Origin: Eledone cirrhosa
Lineage: Eukaryota
DNA length: 64,000 nt
Direction: 5' to 3'
Assembly (NCBI GenBank): GCA_964016885.1
Contig: OZ024761.1
Location: 1,984,001 to 2,048,000, forward strand
The notes below the pieces were generated by a model. It did no database searches. It saw only the letters and a program-made list of their open reading frames with translations, and was not told the origin of the DNA. How positions within the stretch are numbered: position 1 is the first letter of the stretch; every line of letters begins with the position of its first letter. The position numbers and the translations under genes are program-made. Shown here piece by piece: positions 27,426 to 41,733 of this stretch.

Positions 27426-28074
27426 TACCATATATACTCTAATATAAACCGACCCCTATTTTATGTCTGAGAAATATGAAAAACACAAAACCCCGTTTAT
27501 AAACTGGTAATTATTATGTTTAAATGGTGTGGTTTTAAAACTCTTGTGAATGGAGAATATATTTATCAAGTTTTAATATTTTGATATCTAAAATGTTTTA
27601 TGTCATTTAAATAGTTTTTGTTTTACAACTCCTTTACATAATGGTCGTTTTGAAGGCCATATTCATTTAAATCATATCAAAAAATTATAGGAAACATGAA
27701 TTTCATGTCGAAAGTGAAACTGGTGTAATATTCACCACTAAAGTGAAACCGGTGTAATATTACACCTCCAAAGTGAAACTGGTGTAATATTCACCTCCAA
27801 AGTGAAACAGGTGTAATATTCACCTCCAAAATGAAACAGGTGTAATATGCACTCCCAAAGAGAAACTGGTGTAATATTCACCCCCAAAGTGAAACAGGTG
27901 TAATATTCACCTCCAAAGTGAAACAGGTGTAATATTCCCCTCCAGAGTGAAGCAGGTGTAATATTCACTCCCAAAGTGAAACTGGTGTAATATTACACCT
28001 CAAATATAATCCAACCCATTTTACCGTTGATATTTTTGACATATTTCTTGGATTATATACGAGTATACACGGTA
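27426..28074. mobile_element. pogo/Tigger-like (Tc1-mariner) MITE carrying an internal 29-bp tandem array
   Basis: Imperfect TIRs TACCATATATACTCTAATATAA... and ...TTATATACGAGTATACACGGTA with TA ends. About 10 copies of AAAGTGAAACAGGTGTAATATTCACCTCC at 27710-28000. Confidence 0.7.
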
Positions 28075-28217
28075 CTTTTTCCATTTAATGAAAGTTCAAT
28101 ATAATTGGAAACTCACAATAGTTCTTTATAGAAAAGAGTTTCAATAGATTTTACTGTCACAAAGTGGGCATTTGTTGTTGTTGTTCTTGTGTTGGTAGTG
28201 AGATATAAACATCTGCT

Positions 28218-28354
<137 letters not shown>

Positions 28355-28565
28355 TACAAATATATAGATATGTGCATATATAATGGAATGATAGAATAAT
28401 AAGAAGAACAACAACAACAATGTAGGAGAGAAAGATCTGGCACGATCTTTGTTGTAAAGAGAAGATAAATGGCAAAACTCTTCTTTATCACATTTTGTAT
28501 AGTATTGATATTTTACATAATAGATTATAATATGTTGTCCCTCATCTGGTCTCTCTGTCTCTCTT

Positions 28566-28610
<45 letters not shown>

Positions 28611-28762
28611 TCATCACCGCTTTACATCCATTCTTCCACGCAAGCATGGGTTAAAGGGTATGTTCTGATATAACATATATATATATATATATATATCATC
28701 ATCACCGCTTTACATCCATTCTTCCACGCAAGCATGGGTTAAAGGGTATGTTCTGATATAAC

Positions 28763-28794
<32 letters not shown>

Positions 28795-28899
28795 GTGAGG
28801 TTTTTTTTTACAAAATGAAAAATAACCGAGGTGTCCTACACGAGTGGAAGTATAAAGAAAAAGATGTGAGAAAAACCACAGACCCTCCATCTCAACTCA

Positions 28900-28937
28900 C
28901 CTTTTGAAAAGCAGAAGAACTGCGAAACCGGTAAAGG
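28900..28937 (+). ncRNA. Degenerate minimal type I hammerhead ribozyme
   Basis: CCTT-[TTGAAAA, 2 mismatches to CUGANGA]-GCAG aagaa CTGC-GAAA-CCGG-TA-AAGG. All three stems pair. Sits in a ~230-bp island between (TA)n runs. Confidence 0.5.
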
Positions 28938-29044
28938 AACCAAATAAATATATATATTTTTTTTTAAAAATAAGACTTCAGTTGCATTTTCGATTTCATC
29001 CCTTTTTCTTTATATATAACTATATATATATATATATATATATA

Positions 29045-29125
<81 letters not shown>

Positions 29126-29128
<3 letters not shown>

Positions 29129-32100
29129 CAAAAGGGATATTTAATTTGTTGGTAATTCAACAAATATATATATTTATAACTGATTCGAAGCACTCGACAA
29201 GTTTTCTGGAGTATAATATCAATGATATTAATAAATGGAAACTATATTTATAAAACCATATTTATTCTATTATATATATTTCAGGGGTACCAAAACTTTG
29301 GTACGCTCTCATCAGATAAAATACAAAATTTGTTTTATAAATATTGACATATCCAAGAAGGAGATCTTAACGGTTCAAGTTTTTCCTGGAGAGTAAAGGG
29401 AAGAGGGGAAAGAGAGGAAAAGTCATATATTTCAAACTATTAAGATGAATATGCAAATGAGGTTGAGGTATAGGGCTGAAAATAACGTTATTTTTAGACG
29501 CTAGGTAGATTTAAATAATTATTAGGATATATGTATGTATGTGTAGGAAGAAGAAAGAGAAAGAAAGGTTTGTATTTACGTGAATTTAAAAAAGAATTAA
29601 TAGTTTGTAGGAATGGTGGAATATGATTCCAGAATTTAAAAAAAATATATTTAGCTATATTATGAGTTATAATATTGTATATGTAATCAATTAGATTATA
29701 TAAAGAATTATGGTTGTAAGTACATTTTATCTTATTATATTGCAACAGGTTGTAAGTATATAAATATCTATATAGATTAATAAGTGTGCAAGTATAAGTA
29801 TTATTGGTGATTTCATAGAAATAAACCACACGTATTAATTGTTTACATTTCTAATATGGGTTACGAAGGATGTTGATTTTACATGTTACATAAATATTTA
29901 AGAAAAAGACGTAGTTCAAATTATAAGAGAAGAACAATTTGTAGATTCAAATATTTTCATCCAACATTGAAAATATTTTCAGAACATTATTAATTTAGTG
30001 AAATTATATAATTTATTATACAAGTTATGTCTATGTTTGCTCAATTGGAAAGGAAAAGATAACGCCAATATGATTTGCTAACCATTAAATTTGATGAATG
30101 ATTTCCTTAGAAAGTATGTAGAGAAAATTATATATTATTTTGTGTGAGATTATAAGGTATTTTATATTATATGTTTTTCAAGGATGAGAATTTCAATTAC
30201 ATATTATCTACGTCGAAAAATGTGGGAAAAGTTTGAAGATTAAAGAGAGGAAAAATGTATTATTAGATAAGTCGAGAGTGCATTTAGAACTATCGTAAAG
30301 AGGATATCTTTCAGGATGTCAATTAAAAAGTATCAATCTAAAAAAATATATATATAAATCTAAAAAAAAAGGATTAAGAAGAGTATCATTAGGAAAAGAA
30401 TATCAATTGGTAAAAATACTAAATTTAAGAAGGAAGATCATTTTAAAAAATTTAAATTAAAAAAAAAATCGGGTCATTTAAAAGATGTATATGATGTAGT
30501 CAAGTGTAATGAATATCATGAATTAAAAATACTTCGGAAAGTGGATTTTTGGCGATGTCTGCAAGAGCTGAATAATTCTGTTTTTAAATTAATAGAGTTT
30601 TGACAGTTAATTATATAAAAAAATGTCCTCGATACACAAATGACAGATTCTTGAGAAAACCATATTTTGGTATGCAGGTGCTTTCGAAATCGTTCCCCAA
30701 GATATTGAATAGTCTATACTGTTGTCCTTTAAATTCCAAATTAGATGTGAAAGTGAAGCGGAAGATTTTTTATCGGACCTATTAAATGTATGTTTGTGGT
30801 TGCACCAGCGTTCTTTGAATTTTGTAGAAGTGGCATCTATATAGTTAAATATTTTGTCTCTAGTTTTTATGGTGCATTTATAAATTAAGTTTTTGTGTAA
30901 GCAATTGTTTTGTAAATGGCAGTTTGATTCAATTCTACAGTTACATTTTCTGGAGTTGTTGTTACTAGGAACGGTACTATTATTATGAATATTGTTATTA
31001 GAAATATTATTATTGCTAGCTTGGTTTGTTTGGTTAGGGTTTAAATTTAAGTTTCTATTATTAATTCTATTTATATTTTGTGCTATGTTCATAGTAGTAG
31101 AGTAGGATAGTTTTATAGTGTGTCTGTTAAAAATAGAGTGGTATCTGTGGGCTTTAGGAAAACACTTATCCAGTGTTTTGAAAAATAGCTTTGCTAAAGG
31201 TGTTCTAACGCCTAATGAGATTGGGGGAGAGTACCAAATAATATTTCGAGTTCTAGTTTTTTGGTTTGGTTTACTATTTAAGTTGAATTGCTTATTGTTA
31301 TTATAATGAATTCTCGGATGATTTATCATGTTATTGTTGTCTAAGTATTTAATTTTATTCGAGTATCCTGCTCTATATAAAGTAACATTGTAATATTCTG
31401 CCTTATCATCAAAAATATTTCCTTTTACTATCCAGGAAAAACTTGAACCGTTAAGATCTCCTTCCTGGATATGTCAATATTTATAAAACAAACTTTGTAT
31501 TTTATCTGGTGAGAGCGTACCAAAGTTTTGGTACCCCTGAAATATATATAATAGAATAAATATGGTTTTATAAATATAGTTTCCATTTATTAATATCATT
31601 GATATTATACTCCAGAAAACTTGTCGAGTGCTTCGAATCAGTTATAAATATATATATTTGTTGAATTACCAACAAATTAAATATCCCTTTTGCTTTAATG
31701 TTGAGCACTTTAAACTATAACTGACTGCAAAAATTAATAATGGAATTCTTTAGGATTTCTTCTTCTCTAAAGGATGTACCCTTACCTAAAAATAAAGAAT
31801 ATCTAAAACAACTCATAGAAAAATCAGACTCCTTCATAAGAAGACTTAGATGGCGGGCTTTCCATTTTGATAAAAAATCGGAAAACAAAATAAATAAATC
31901 CAAGTACAATTTTGATCTTATTTTTCAAATCTAAGAGAAATCCACCTTTCAACAAACTATTAGCCGAATTTGAAAACGAAATAATCTCCATCATACAGAA
32001 CGTTAAATTTAAAAGAAACCAATGTATTGACCAGGAGTTCCTTAAAGGCCTCAAAAACAAAATAGACAGTCTAGAAAAAGCAAAGAAGATCCTTGTAAAA

Positions 32101-32210
32101 CCTGAAAAAAACAATAATTTATATGGTATGGAAAAGGACGAGTATAATAACCTAATACTGAAGGAACTCAGGAAAAACTACAAAAGGGCATCAAATGAAG
32201 ATCTTTCAAC
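29126..32210. mobile_element. Penelope-like element with inverted pLTR arrangement
   Basis: Minus-strand ORF 30607-31329 is GIY-YIG-type (CNC..C..C..LIYKC..NYIDAT..FKERW..H). ~265-bp inverted repeats at 29126-29390 and 31431-31695. Plus-strand N-terminal ORF remnant (SLKDVPLP..FIRRLRWRAFHF) at 31740-32210. Confidence 0.85.
29263..29323 (-). ncRNA. Minimal type I hammerhead ribozyme in Penelope pLTR
   Basis: Minus strand reads TATTTTAT-CTGATGA-gagcGTACCAAAgtTTTGGTACccct-GAAA-TATATATA-ATAGAATA. The inverted copy near 31499-31559 has a mutated core (CTGGTGA). Confidence 0.72.
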
Positions 32211-32214
32211 CCTT

Positions 32215-33367
32215 AACGGTGTACTTGCCCTCACTGATACTGATAAGAAGATAGCCTGGAAGTGTCACTACGAGAGACTATTAAATGAGGAGAATAAATG
32301 GGAAAAAGATAGTCTGCCCCAAATCGATCCAATAGAAGGACCAGCGGTGCAAGTTAAAGGTAGTATAAGTAAGGCAATCAAAGATATGAAGACAGGCAAG
32401 GCAGCTGGGCCTTCGGAGATAGTTGCTGAGATGTTGAAGGCATCTGGAATGGTGGGACATACTATGGTCACCCGTATAGTTAACCAAGTAATACATAATG
32501 GGGTCATACCAAAAGACTGGCGTAGCAGTTGGCCACAAAAGGTTTCTCTCCAAAAATTGAAAGGCAGATTGTATGATGCCTGTATACAAACAGCAATATT
32601 ACATAGCAGTGAGTCATGGGCATTGTGTGCAGAGGACCTGTGCAGACTGGAAAGGAACGAAGCATGCATGCTCCGTTGGATGTGTAATAGTAATATATGT
32701 GAACGGCAAAGCATAAATGAACTAAGTGAGAAATTAGGAATAAGAGGGATTAGATGCTGTTTACTTGAGAGAAAACTACGTTGGTATGGTCACGTGATGC
32801 GCATAAAAGATGACAGCTGTATAAAAAAGTGCAGGGCGATCAAAATTGATGGAAGTTACGGAGTCGGTAGACCCAGAAAAACCTGGGAAGATCTGATAAA
32901 TTCCAACCTTACACACTTGCACCTCTCTAAGACCGAGACCGAGATCTTTGGCGCTACGCAGTAATACAGAAGACCCACCTTGCCTATGTACAAAGCGAAA
33001 CCTACAGCCCAATCTACTACCCCTACCCTATCCTCCCACTCCCACCAACACCACCCTGTCTCTGTAAAGTTGGTACCACAACATCCAGTCCAAATAAATT
33101 AGATAATGAGATCGAGATCGTGTAGGTATCACAACAAAAAAACACACAGTCGACGCTGTAATGTGGTCGTGTAGGTAACACGGTAAAAAGTTCCCAGTTC
33201 CACACTGTAATGGTTGGTGTTAGGAAGGGTATCCAGCCGTAGAAAACCTGCCAGATAGTCCTATATGAGCGAAACACGGTCACCCGACCAACCTTGCCTC
33301 AAGTAGGACAACTCCCGTCTAACCCATGCTAGCGTGGAAGATGGACGTTAAACGAAGATGATGATGA

Positions 33368-33370
<3 letters not shown>
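32215..33370 (+). mobile_element. RTE LINE, internally deleted copy with 3' UTR and (GAT)n tail
   Basis: AWKCHYERLLN, GKAAGPS, WYGHVMR, GRPRKTW. Same family as 52481-55310. Confidence 0.9.
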
Positions 33371-33455
<85 letters not shown>

Positions 33456-34159
33456 GGATACTTAGTAAAATCGAATCTCTGGCGGTTTGCAAGCAAATTC
33501 GGCCTACTATATGAAATAATTGTTTCTACTTTAGGCACAAGGCCAACAATTACCCAGTGCATTACTGGTACTTTAATGAAATAATGAGTTAGCAAAGCAC
33601 TCGATAAGGTAGGTCCTTAGAGTAATAACATACGTTTAAATAGCTTGACAAATCGAACATTGTGGTAGGCAAAATCTAACACACAATATACCAAAGTAAC
33701 GAAAGAACTAACAGGTTGAGAAAAATACAACTGGACAAATCAAACGTTAAGCGTTTAAAGTGTTTCTATGAATCCGAAATCAAATATCAGACTTACGTGA
33801 CTAGCAAGCTCGTGGTATTTATGATCGAACAGAGGATTCAGTTCAACAGGTTTTCGTTCTACCAAGGACGGGGCGAAAAGGTTAAATGTTGCCGCTAAGC
33901 TGCAGCGTATTTAGCTGTCCCGTGTTATTTCCAGCAAGGGAAATAACACCCGGTTTTTGGTGGGTCATTAAAAATGTTAGACAAAGGAACTATTTTAATT
34001 TCCGCTAATCATCAGAATAAGCTCTTGACCAGATGTTATTAAACAAACATAAATAATTAACCAATCAACAGAATTGTCTACTTAAATTAATTAGTTAATT
34101 ATTAAATCTAGGAGAATAATATAATTGGATACTTAGTAAAATCGAATCTCTGGCGGTTT

Positions 34160-34475
34160 ACTTTATTTTATCGACCCCGTAAGGATGAAAGGCAAAGTCA
34201 ACCTCGGCGGGATTTGAACTCAGATCGTAAAGGGACGTAACTATTCTGGAAAGCATGGCGTTCGACTCTATACCGATACTGCCAATCCACCTACTATATG
34301 AAATAATTGTTTCTACTTTAGGCACAAGGCCAGCAATTAACCAGTGCATTACTGGTACTTTATTTTATCGACCCCATAAGGATGAAAGGCAAAGTCAACC
34401 TCGGCGGGATTTGAACTCAGATCGTAAAGGGACGTAACTATGCTGGAAAGCATGGCGTCCGACCCTCTACCGATA
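34160..34475 (-). mobile_element. Two tandem tRNA-derived SINE copies
   Basis: Reverse complement of the SINE core, twice. Confidence 0.75.
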
Positions 34476-34632
34476 TGAAATAATGAGTTAGCAAAGCACT
34501 CGATAAGGTAGGTCCTTAGAGTAATAACATACGTTTAAATAGCTGACAAATTGAACATTGTGGTAGGCAAAATCTAACACACAATATACCAAAGTAACGA
34601 AAGAACTAACAGGTTGAGAAAAATACACCTGG

Positions 34633-34696
<64 letters not shown>

Positions 34697-35972
34697 TATA
34701 TCTCTCTATATATAAAATTCTTTGTCTGTTTTCTATGCATTATCAAACAGCTTAACCAAAACAAATCAAATTTTACAAGGTATAGTATTAGACCCTGGGA
34801 TTAAAACAATATAACATTTTATCTAAAATAATCTTTCTATATTGAACTATAGTAAAGGACATTTTATACCACCACCACCACCACCACCACTACAACGACG
34901 TCATCATATGAGTGTGTATGTGTCTGTGAGTGTGTGTGTGTTTGCGAGTTCATTACATACATTAGGCCTCGGATAATTAAACACACATACATATAGTCTT
35001 AGTAAGTTGCATACACATTATCTTCACACACACAGAATTAAAGACACACACATCTACACATACATATGTGTTGACTGACAAGTAATAGGTGTGAGGCAAT
35101 GTATGGCTGTGTGTGTCAGTCTTATGTGAGAGTGTATGTGTGTGAGTGTGTAGCAACAATTTATTCACTAGGATACCAACAAAAAATTACACAATGAATA
35201 TTTTTCACCCTACGGTGCTTCAGGATTGACAGATTTTCATTTCTAAATACTTTTATCATTACAATTTTGATATATTTTAAATAAAATATAGATATTTTGA
35301 AACAAAATGGCGTAGGACAGAACAAAGGAGAGGCACAGAAACAAAGAAAGGAATCCCCAGTCACTGAAGAGGTCACAGAGTGTGTGACGAAAGAACTATG
35401 ACTATATATAAACAACTATCTGGTTGTGGAACCAACCAACCAACCAGAAATTTATAAATTTGTAAATTTATAAATATATAATAAATTGAAGTGAAAGCAA
35501 CTGGTGCGTGTGTTTCTTATTGGCAACATGACCCTCCCAAAGTATAACAATATCGGTTTCAACACACGATTTCAGATAAAGAATCTTGCAAAACAAATTC
35601 AGAAACGAAATATTTTGAAATAATTATGAGAAAAAAAAACATATCTTCATATTTATTGTTTACTAATCTGAATAAGAACAGCAGTAACCTGGGACACGCC
35701 GGGTAATTCAGCTAGTATATATATATTTACCGATGTAAGTATATAATACACGCACACACACACATATATATATGCATACGCACACAAACATAACAAGTAC
35801 AGTGGTGACAAGGTTAGAGCAGGTGTTGAACAGTAATGGAGTGTGGGTGAGGGGAGAGGAGAAGACGATAGGGGGAGGTGAAGAAGAGGGAGAAGATGAG
35901 GGGGGAAAGAAAGACAAGTTATTAATTAGAAAACAAGACACACACATATATGTGTGTGTGTTCCCTAATTCT

Positions 35973-35980
35973 TATATAAA
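35973..35980 (+). promoter_or_regulatory. TATA box of protease gene B
   Basis: TATATAAA 48-55 nt upstream of the ATG at 36028, which lies in a good Kozak context (CAACCATG). Confidence 0.65.
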
Positions 35981-36027
35981 CTAAAGAAAGAGTGCAGAGG
36001 AAACAGCCTCTGTCTTCTTTTTCAACC

Positions 36028-36076
36028 ATGTTGTACTTGTGCTGCCTCTCACTCGCTCTCGTGGCTGTCTTTGCAG
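36028..36076 (+). CDS. S1A serine protease gene B, exon 1 (signal peptide)
   Basis: MLYLCCLSLALVAVFA plus a phase-1 G|gtaaat donor that joins in frame to exon 2. Confidence 0.82.
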
Positions 36077-36082
36077 GTAAAT

Positions 36083-36868
36083 ATCACACACACACACACA
36101 CATACAGACTCACACACACACACTCACACACACACACTCACTCACTCACTCACACACACTCACACTCACACACACACTCACACTCACTCACACACTCACA
36201 CTCACTCACACACTTACACTCACTCACACACTCACTCACTCACACACACACTCACACACACACACACACACACACACACGCTCGCACACATTCACTCACA
36301 CACGCACTCACACACACACTCACACACACACACTCACATACACACACATACACACAAACTCACTCTCACACACTCACACACACACACACACACGCTCGCA
36401 CACATTCACTCACACACGCACTCACACACACACTCACACACACACACTCACATACACACACATACACACAAACTCACTCTCACACACTCACACACACACA
36501 CACACATACAGACTCACACACACACACTCACACACACACACACACACTCACTCACTCACACACACTCACACTCACACACACAATCACACTCACTCACACA
36601 CTCACACTCACTCACACACTCACACTCACTCACACACACACACACACACACACGCTCGCACACATTCACTCACACACGCACTCACACACACACTCACACA
36701 CACACACTCACATACACACACATACACACAAACTCACTCTCACACACTCACATACACACACACACACTCACTCACCACACACTCACACACACATACACTC
36801 ACACACACACATACACATACACACACCGACACCCACCCATCCACCTCCACTCACACACACACACACAG
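36083..36868. repeat. Compound (CA)/(CACT) microsatellite
   Basis: About 790 bp, immediately after the exon 1 donor. Confidence 0.95.
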
Positions 36869-37571
36869 CATGATGATCCTGCGAGTGCAGGTGAAACTCC
36901 AGAGTAACAAGACTCAGCTCAGCCATAATAAATGAAAACATTAATGTCTGTGCTAAGTTTAAGGTATTATAACATATAATTGTTTCTACTTTTGGCACAA
37001 GGCCAGCAATTACCCCAGTGTATTACTGGTACTTTATTTTATCAACCCCCGTAAGGATGAAAGGTAAAGTTAACCTCGGCGGGATTCGAACTCAGAATGG
37101 CAAAGGCCGTAACTCTATGCGTCAAGGCATGGTGTCTGACCCTCTACCGATACTGCCAATCCACCGCCCTTATATGATATATGATGGTTATGTTTCTCAG
37201 TATAAAAGCTCAATGGACGTCTATCGAGAGTATCAATGATTCAAATTAAAAGATATAGAGAGGAAGGGTCATATATCGTTACACAGTATTTTGTATTTAT
37301 ATAAAGTATTAAATATGATTTCTGATTTACGCCCAAGGTCAGCAATGTTGGGAGAGGGGAAAATCGATTAAATCAACTCCAGTGCATTACTGGAACTTTA
37401 TTTTATCGATCTCATAAGGATGAAAGACAAAGTTAACCTTGGTGGGATTTGAACTCAGAACACAAAAGGCCTTAACTCTATGCTGCAAAGCATAGTGTCC
37501 AACGCTCTATCGATTCTGCCAATAATGCTTTTTTTTATATGTACAAAATATGTTTCTCTAACGCTATATGG

Positions 37572-37706
<135 letters not shown>

Positions 37707-38322
37707 AAAGTGAGGTATATGATTTTTAATGCAATGAAATATCTATGATCTTCGGCAAATCACTGATGAGGGACTCATTTTATTACATGTTATCCATGTG
37801 CTACCTGCAGTATTTTTCTCTATATTTTATTACATATATTTACCACTGCGATTCTGTGTTTTTTTCTCTCTCTCTTACTGTTCCCCCATTCTCTCTGTTT
37901 CTCCCCCTCTGTCATGTCAGTTAACTCTTCCTCACACTTTCACTCACTCACTGTTTCTCTCTCTTCTCTTCATTTCATCCTGTACACCACGAAAGCTATT
38001 TTTCTCTCTCCGCTCATAGCCTTCGCTCGTGTACTGTCTGTTCTAAAAGCGCTCATATATTCACCTAGCTTATGCTAAACAGAATAATTTTTGAAGCTTG
38101 TTTCTTTCCCCTGGTTAGCCTTACACTGTTGTTCTCCTGTCTCACTCGCTTTACGCGTTTCAATTGTCCTAATAACTTATTTTGGTTATTATTGCACCGA
38201 AGTGAGGTATATGATTTTTAATGCAATGAAATATCTATGATCTTCGGCAAATCACTGATGAGGGACTCATTTTATTACATGTTATCCATGTGCTACCTGC
38301 AGTATTTTTCTCTATATTTTAT

Positions 38323-38384
<62 letters not shown>

Positions 38385-38386
<2 letters not shown>

Positions 38387-38472
38387 CATATTTGTGTAAT
38401 AATATTGCCAGAATTAATAACAGAACACACTCACTGTTATTAATTCTGGCAATATTATTACACAAATATGAC
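38385..38472. repeat. Perfect DNA hairpin (about 36-bp arms) next to (TA)n
   Basis: GTCATATTTGTGTAATAATATTGCCAGAATTAATAACAG ... CTGTTATTAATTCTGGCAATATTATTACACAAATATGAC. Confidence 0.9.
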
Positions 38473-38600
38473 CTTTCCCCAAGTATAACAATATTTGTTT
38501 CGACACACGATTTCATATAAAAAACCTCGCAAAACTAATTCAACGCCGTTATATATATATATATATATATAGTTATGTAATAAACAACACAAGACAATTA

Positions 38601-38661
38601 TTTCATTTACCAGTGGTTTCTTGAAAGCAAACAAAATTTGCTTTCAATCATCAGAATGAAA
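38601..38661 (-). ncRNA. Minimal type I hammerhead ribozyme (inverted twin of 41477-41537)
   Basis: Minus strand reads TTTCATT-CTGATGA-TTGAAAGCAAA loop TTTGCTTTCAA-GAAA-CCACTGG-TA-AATGAAA. Confidence 0.85.
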
Positions 38662-38822
38662 AAATCCTGGTGTATTTATTGACATTGGATTTTAAAAACA
38701 AAAATATAATCTATATGAAAGTGAGGCTGGAAAAGGAAGAAGGAAAGGAAAAATAAACACACATGCACACACACAATTACATACACACACATATATACAT
38801 ACACACATATATATATACATAT

Positions 38823-38871
<49 letters not shown>

Positions 38872-39003
38872 CACATATACAAACACATACAAATACACAT
38901 ACATATACATATACATACATACACACATATATATCAACATATCCATACATACACATATGTATCAACATATCCACAAATCCACAAACACACACACACACAC
39001 AGA

Positions 39004-39675
<672 letters not shown>

Positions 39676-39940
39676 CATACATACACACATATATACACGC
39701 ATACATACGCATACACAAATATAGATATATGTATACACACCTACATACGCACACACACAAATAATTCTAAGAAAAAATATGATAATAAAAATCAGCTATA
39801 AACATTTATACCCTTTTCTAATTATTTATTTATTTATTATTTGTCGTATTCCCAACTTTTTGTTTACCCCTTTCACCTTTTTATTTTTATATATATATAA
39901 TATTTATGTGTTTTAATATATATGTGTGTGTATGTATATG

Positions 39941-40016
<76 letters not shown>

Positions 40017-40127
40017 AGAGTTAAACAAGGTTCAATGAATACTTCTAAGAATGAGTTTTACACACATACATGTGTGTGTATGTATTTGTATGTATGTGTG
40101 TGTATATATGTATGTATATGTATGTGT

Positions 40128-40600
40128 ATCATCATCATCATCATCATCATCGTTTAACGTCTATCTTCCACGCTTGCATGGCTTTGGACGGGGGGTTTTC
40201 CCACTTGAGGCAAGATTTGTTGTCCTGCTCGTATAGGACTATCTGGCGGGTTTTCTACGGCTGGATGCCCTTCCTAACACCAACCACGTTTACAGTGTGG
40301 AACTGGGAGGTTTTTACCGTGTTACCTACACGGCCACATTACAGCGTGGACTGTGTGTTTTTTTGTCGTGACACCTACACGACCTCATTTGTTTCAGACT
40401 GGATGTTGTGGTACCAACATAACTTTACATTTAAGGGGGTGGTGTGGATGGGGTGGGGGTAGTGGGACGGGGGGTGTATTTTGTTAGAGGTGCCTACTGA
40501 CTGTAGGTTTCGCTTTGTACCTAGGCTAGGCGGGTCTTCTGTATGACTGTGTAGCGCCAAAGATCTCGGTCCAGTGACATTGTCTTGGAGAGGTGTAAGT
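40128..40600 (-). mobile_element. RTE LINE 3' end fragment
   Basis: Near-identical to 52481-52930, with a (GAT)n tail. Confidence 0.88.
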
Positions 40601-40709
40601 GTGTATATATATATGTATACGTACATACATATATGTGTCAGACGCATAGTAGTATGTATATATATACATACATGCACACATATATATATATGTACGTATG
40701 GGTTTATGT

Positions 40710-41300
40710 CAGGTCACCAGTTGGTGTTACTGGTAACATGTATCCCAGTACAACCTGTCTCATGGTCGGGTCGTTGGCGACTAAACTGGCAACCCCACCA
40801 AGGTTTCTTGGTGAGGAGGGTGACTTTGGACATCCTGCAGGAATAAAAACAAAACCTGTCAAAGGGCAAAGGAGCTCTTAAGAGTCAATGGCCATCCAAA
40901 ATCACCGGGAGAGATGGCCCCTTAGCCTTTGTCAAGGCAGAATTCTAGGAGAAGGAAAACTCTGATATAACACCTGCAACCCTGATGGTATTCAATGATG
41001 TTGACATGTTATTCTTTTTAGTAAATATCATCTTGGTTAAGAGAGTGGGACTGGCTTTGTGCAGTGCCTTTGCTCACTATAAAAGCTTCACGGCACAGGC
41101 ATTGCTTTATATCTGGAGATCTCTGCACCTGTCATCACATGGTACCATGGGCCCAGCACTATGTGTCAATAATTGTCACAGGTGTAGTGTTTGTAGCAGA
41201 GTTTTCAAGTCGCTGGCTGGACTAAAAAGTCACACTTGTTTAGCGCATCGGTAGGGGTTCTCCTACAAGGATATAAAGTAGTGGCCGTACTCGAAAACGA
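40710..41300 (+). mobile_element. Non-autonomous RTE (BovB-like) derivative: 5' UTR joined to 3' end
   Basis: CTAGGAGAAGGAAAACTCTG 5'-UTR-type motif. C2H2-like terminal peptide CSVCSRVFKSLAGLKSH. Confidence 0.5.
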
Positions 41301-41476
41301 TGTGTATATGTATGTATATATATGTGTATGTATATATGTGTGTGTATGTAATTGTGTGCGTGCGTGTGTGTGCATGTGTGTTTATTTTTCCTTTCCTTCT
41401 TCCTTTTCCAGCCTCACTTTCATATAGATTATATTTTTGTTTTTAAAATCCAATGTCAATAAATACACCAGGATTT

Positions 41477-41537
41477 TTTCATTCTGATGATTGAAAGCAA
41501 AATTTGTTTGCTTTCAAGAAACCACTGGTAAATGAAA
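41477..41537 (+). ncRNA. Minimal type I hammerhead ribozyme with intact core
   Basis: Stem I TTTCATT/AATGAAA, CUGAUGA at 41484-41490, perfect 11-bp stem II, GAAA at 41518-41521, stem III ACC/GGT, GUA cleavage triplet at 41528-41530. Confidence 0.88.
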
Positions 41538-41675
41538 TAATTGCCTTATGTTGTTTATTACATAACTATTAAGCTCTGTAACCTACATAGAGCACTCTTT
41601 TTTGCTGGACCTTTCCGACGGAATTACTTCATATATATGTATATATAAATATGTAATATATATATATATATTAAT

Positions 41676-41733
<58 letters not shown>

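Noticed and set aside
35992-36907. Long His/Thr-rich ORFs
   Set aside because: These are translations of a (CA)n microsatellite. Only 36028-36076 is coding, and it ends at a GT donor.
37755-37830. CTGATGAG motif (duplicated near 38255) as a hammerhead
   Set aside because: No GAAA/NUH or stem I partner can be found. At best it is a truncated relic.
40710-40800. HDV-like ribozyme at the 5' end of the RTE derivative
   Set aside because: Partial P2/P3/P4-like pairings exist, but I could not build P1 and P1.1. It needs a descriptor search.
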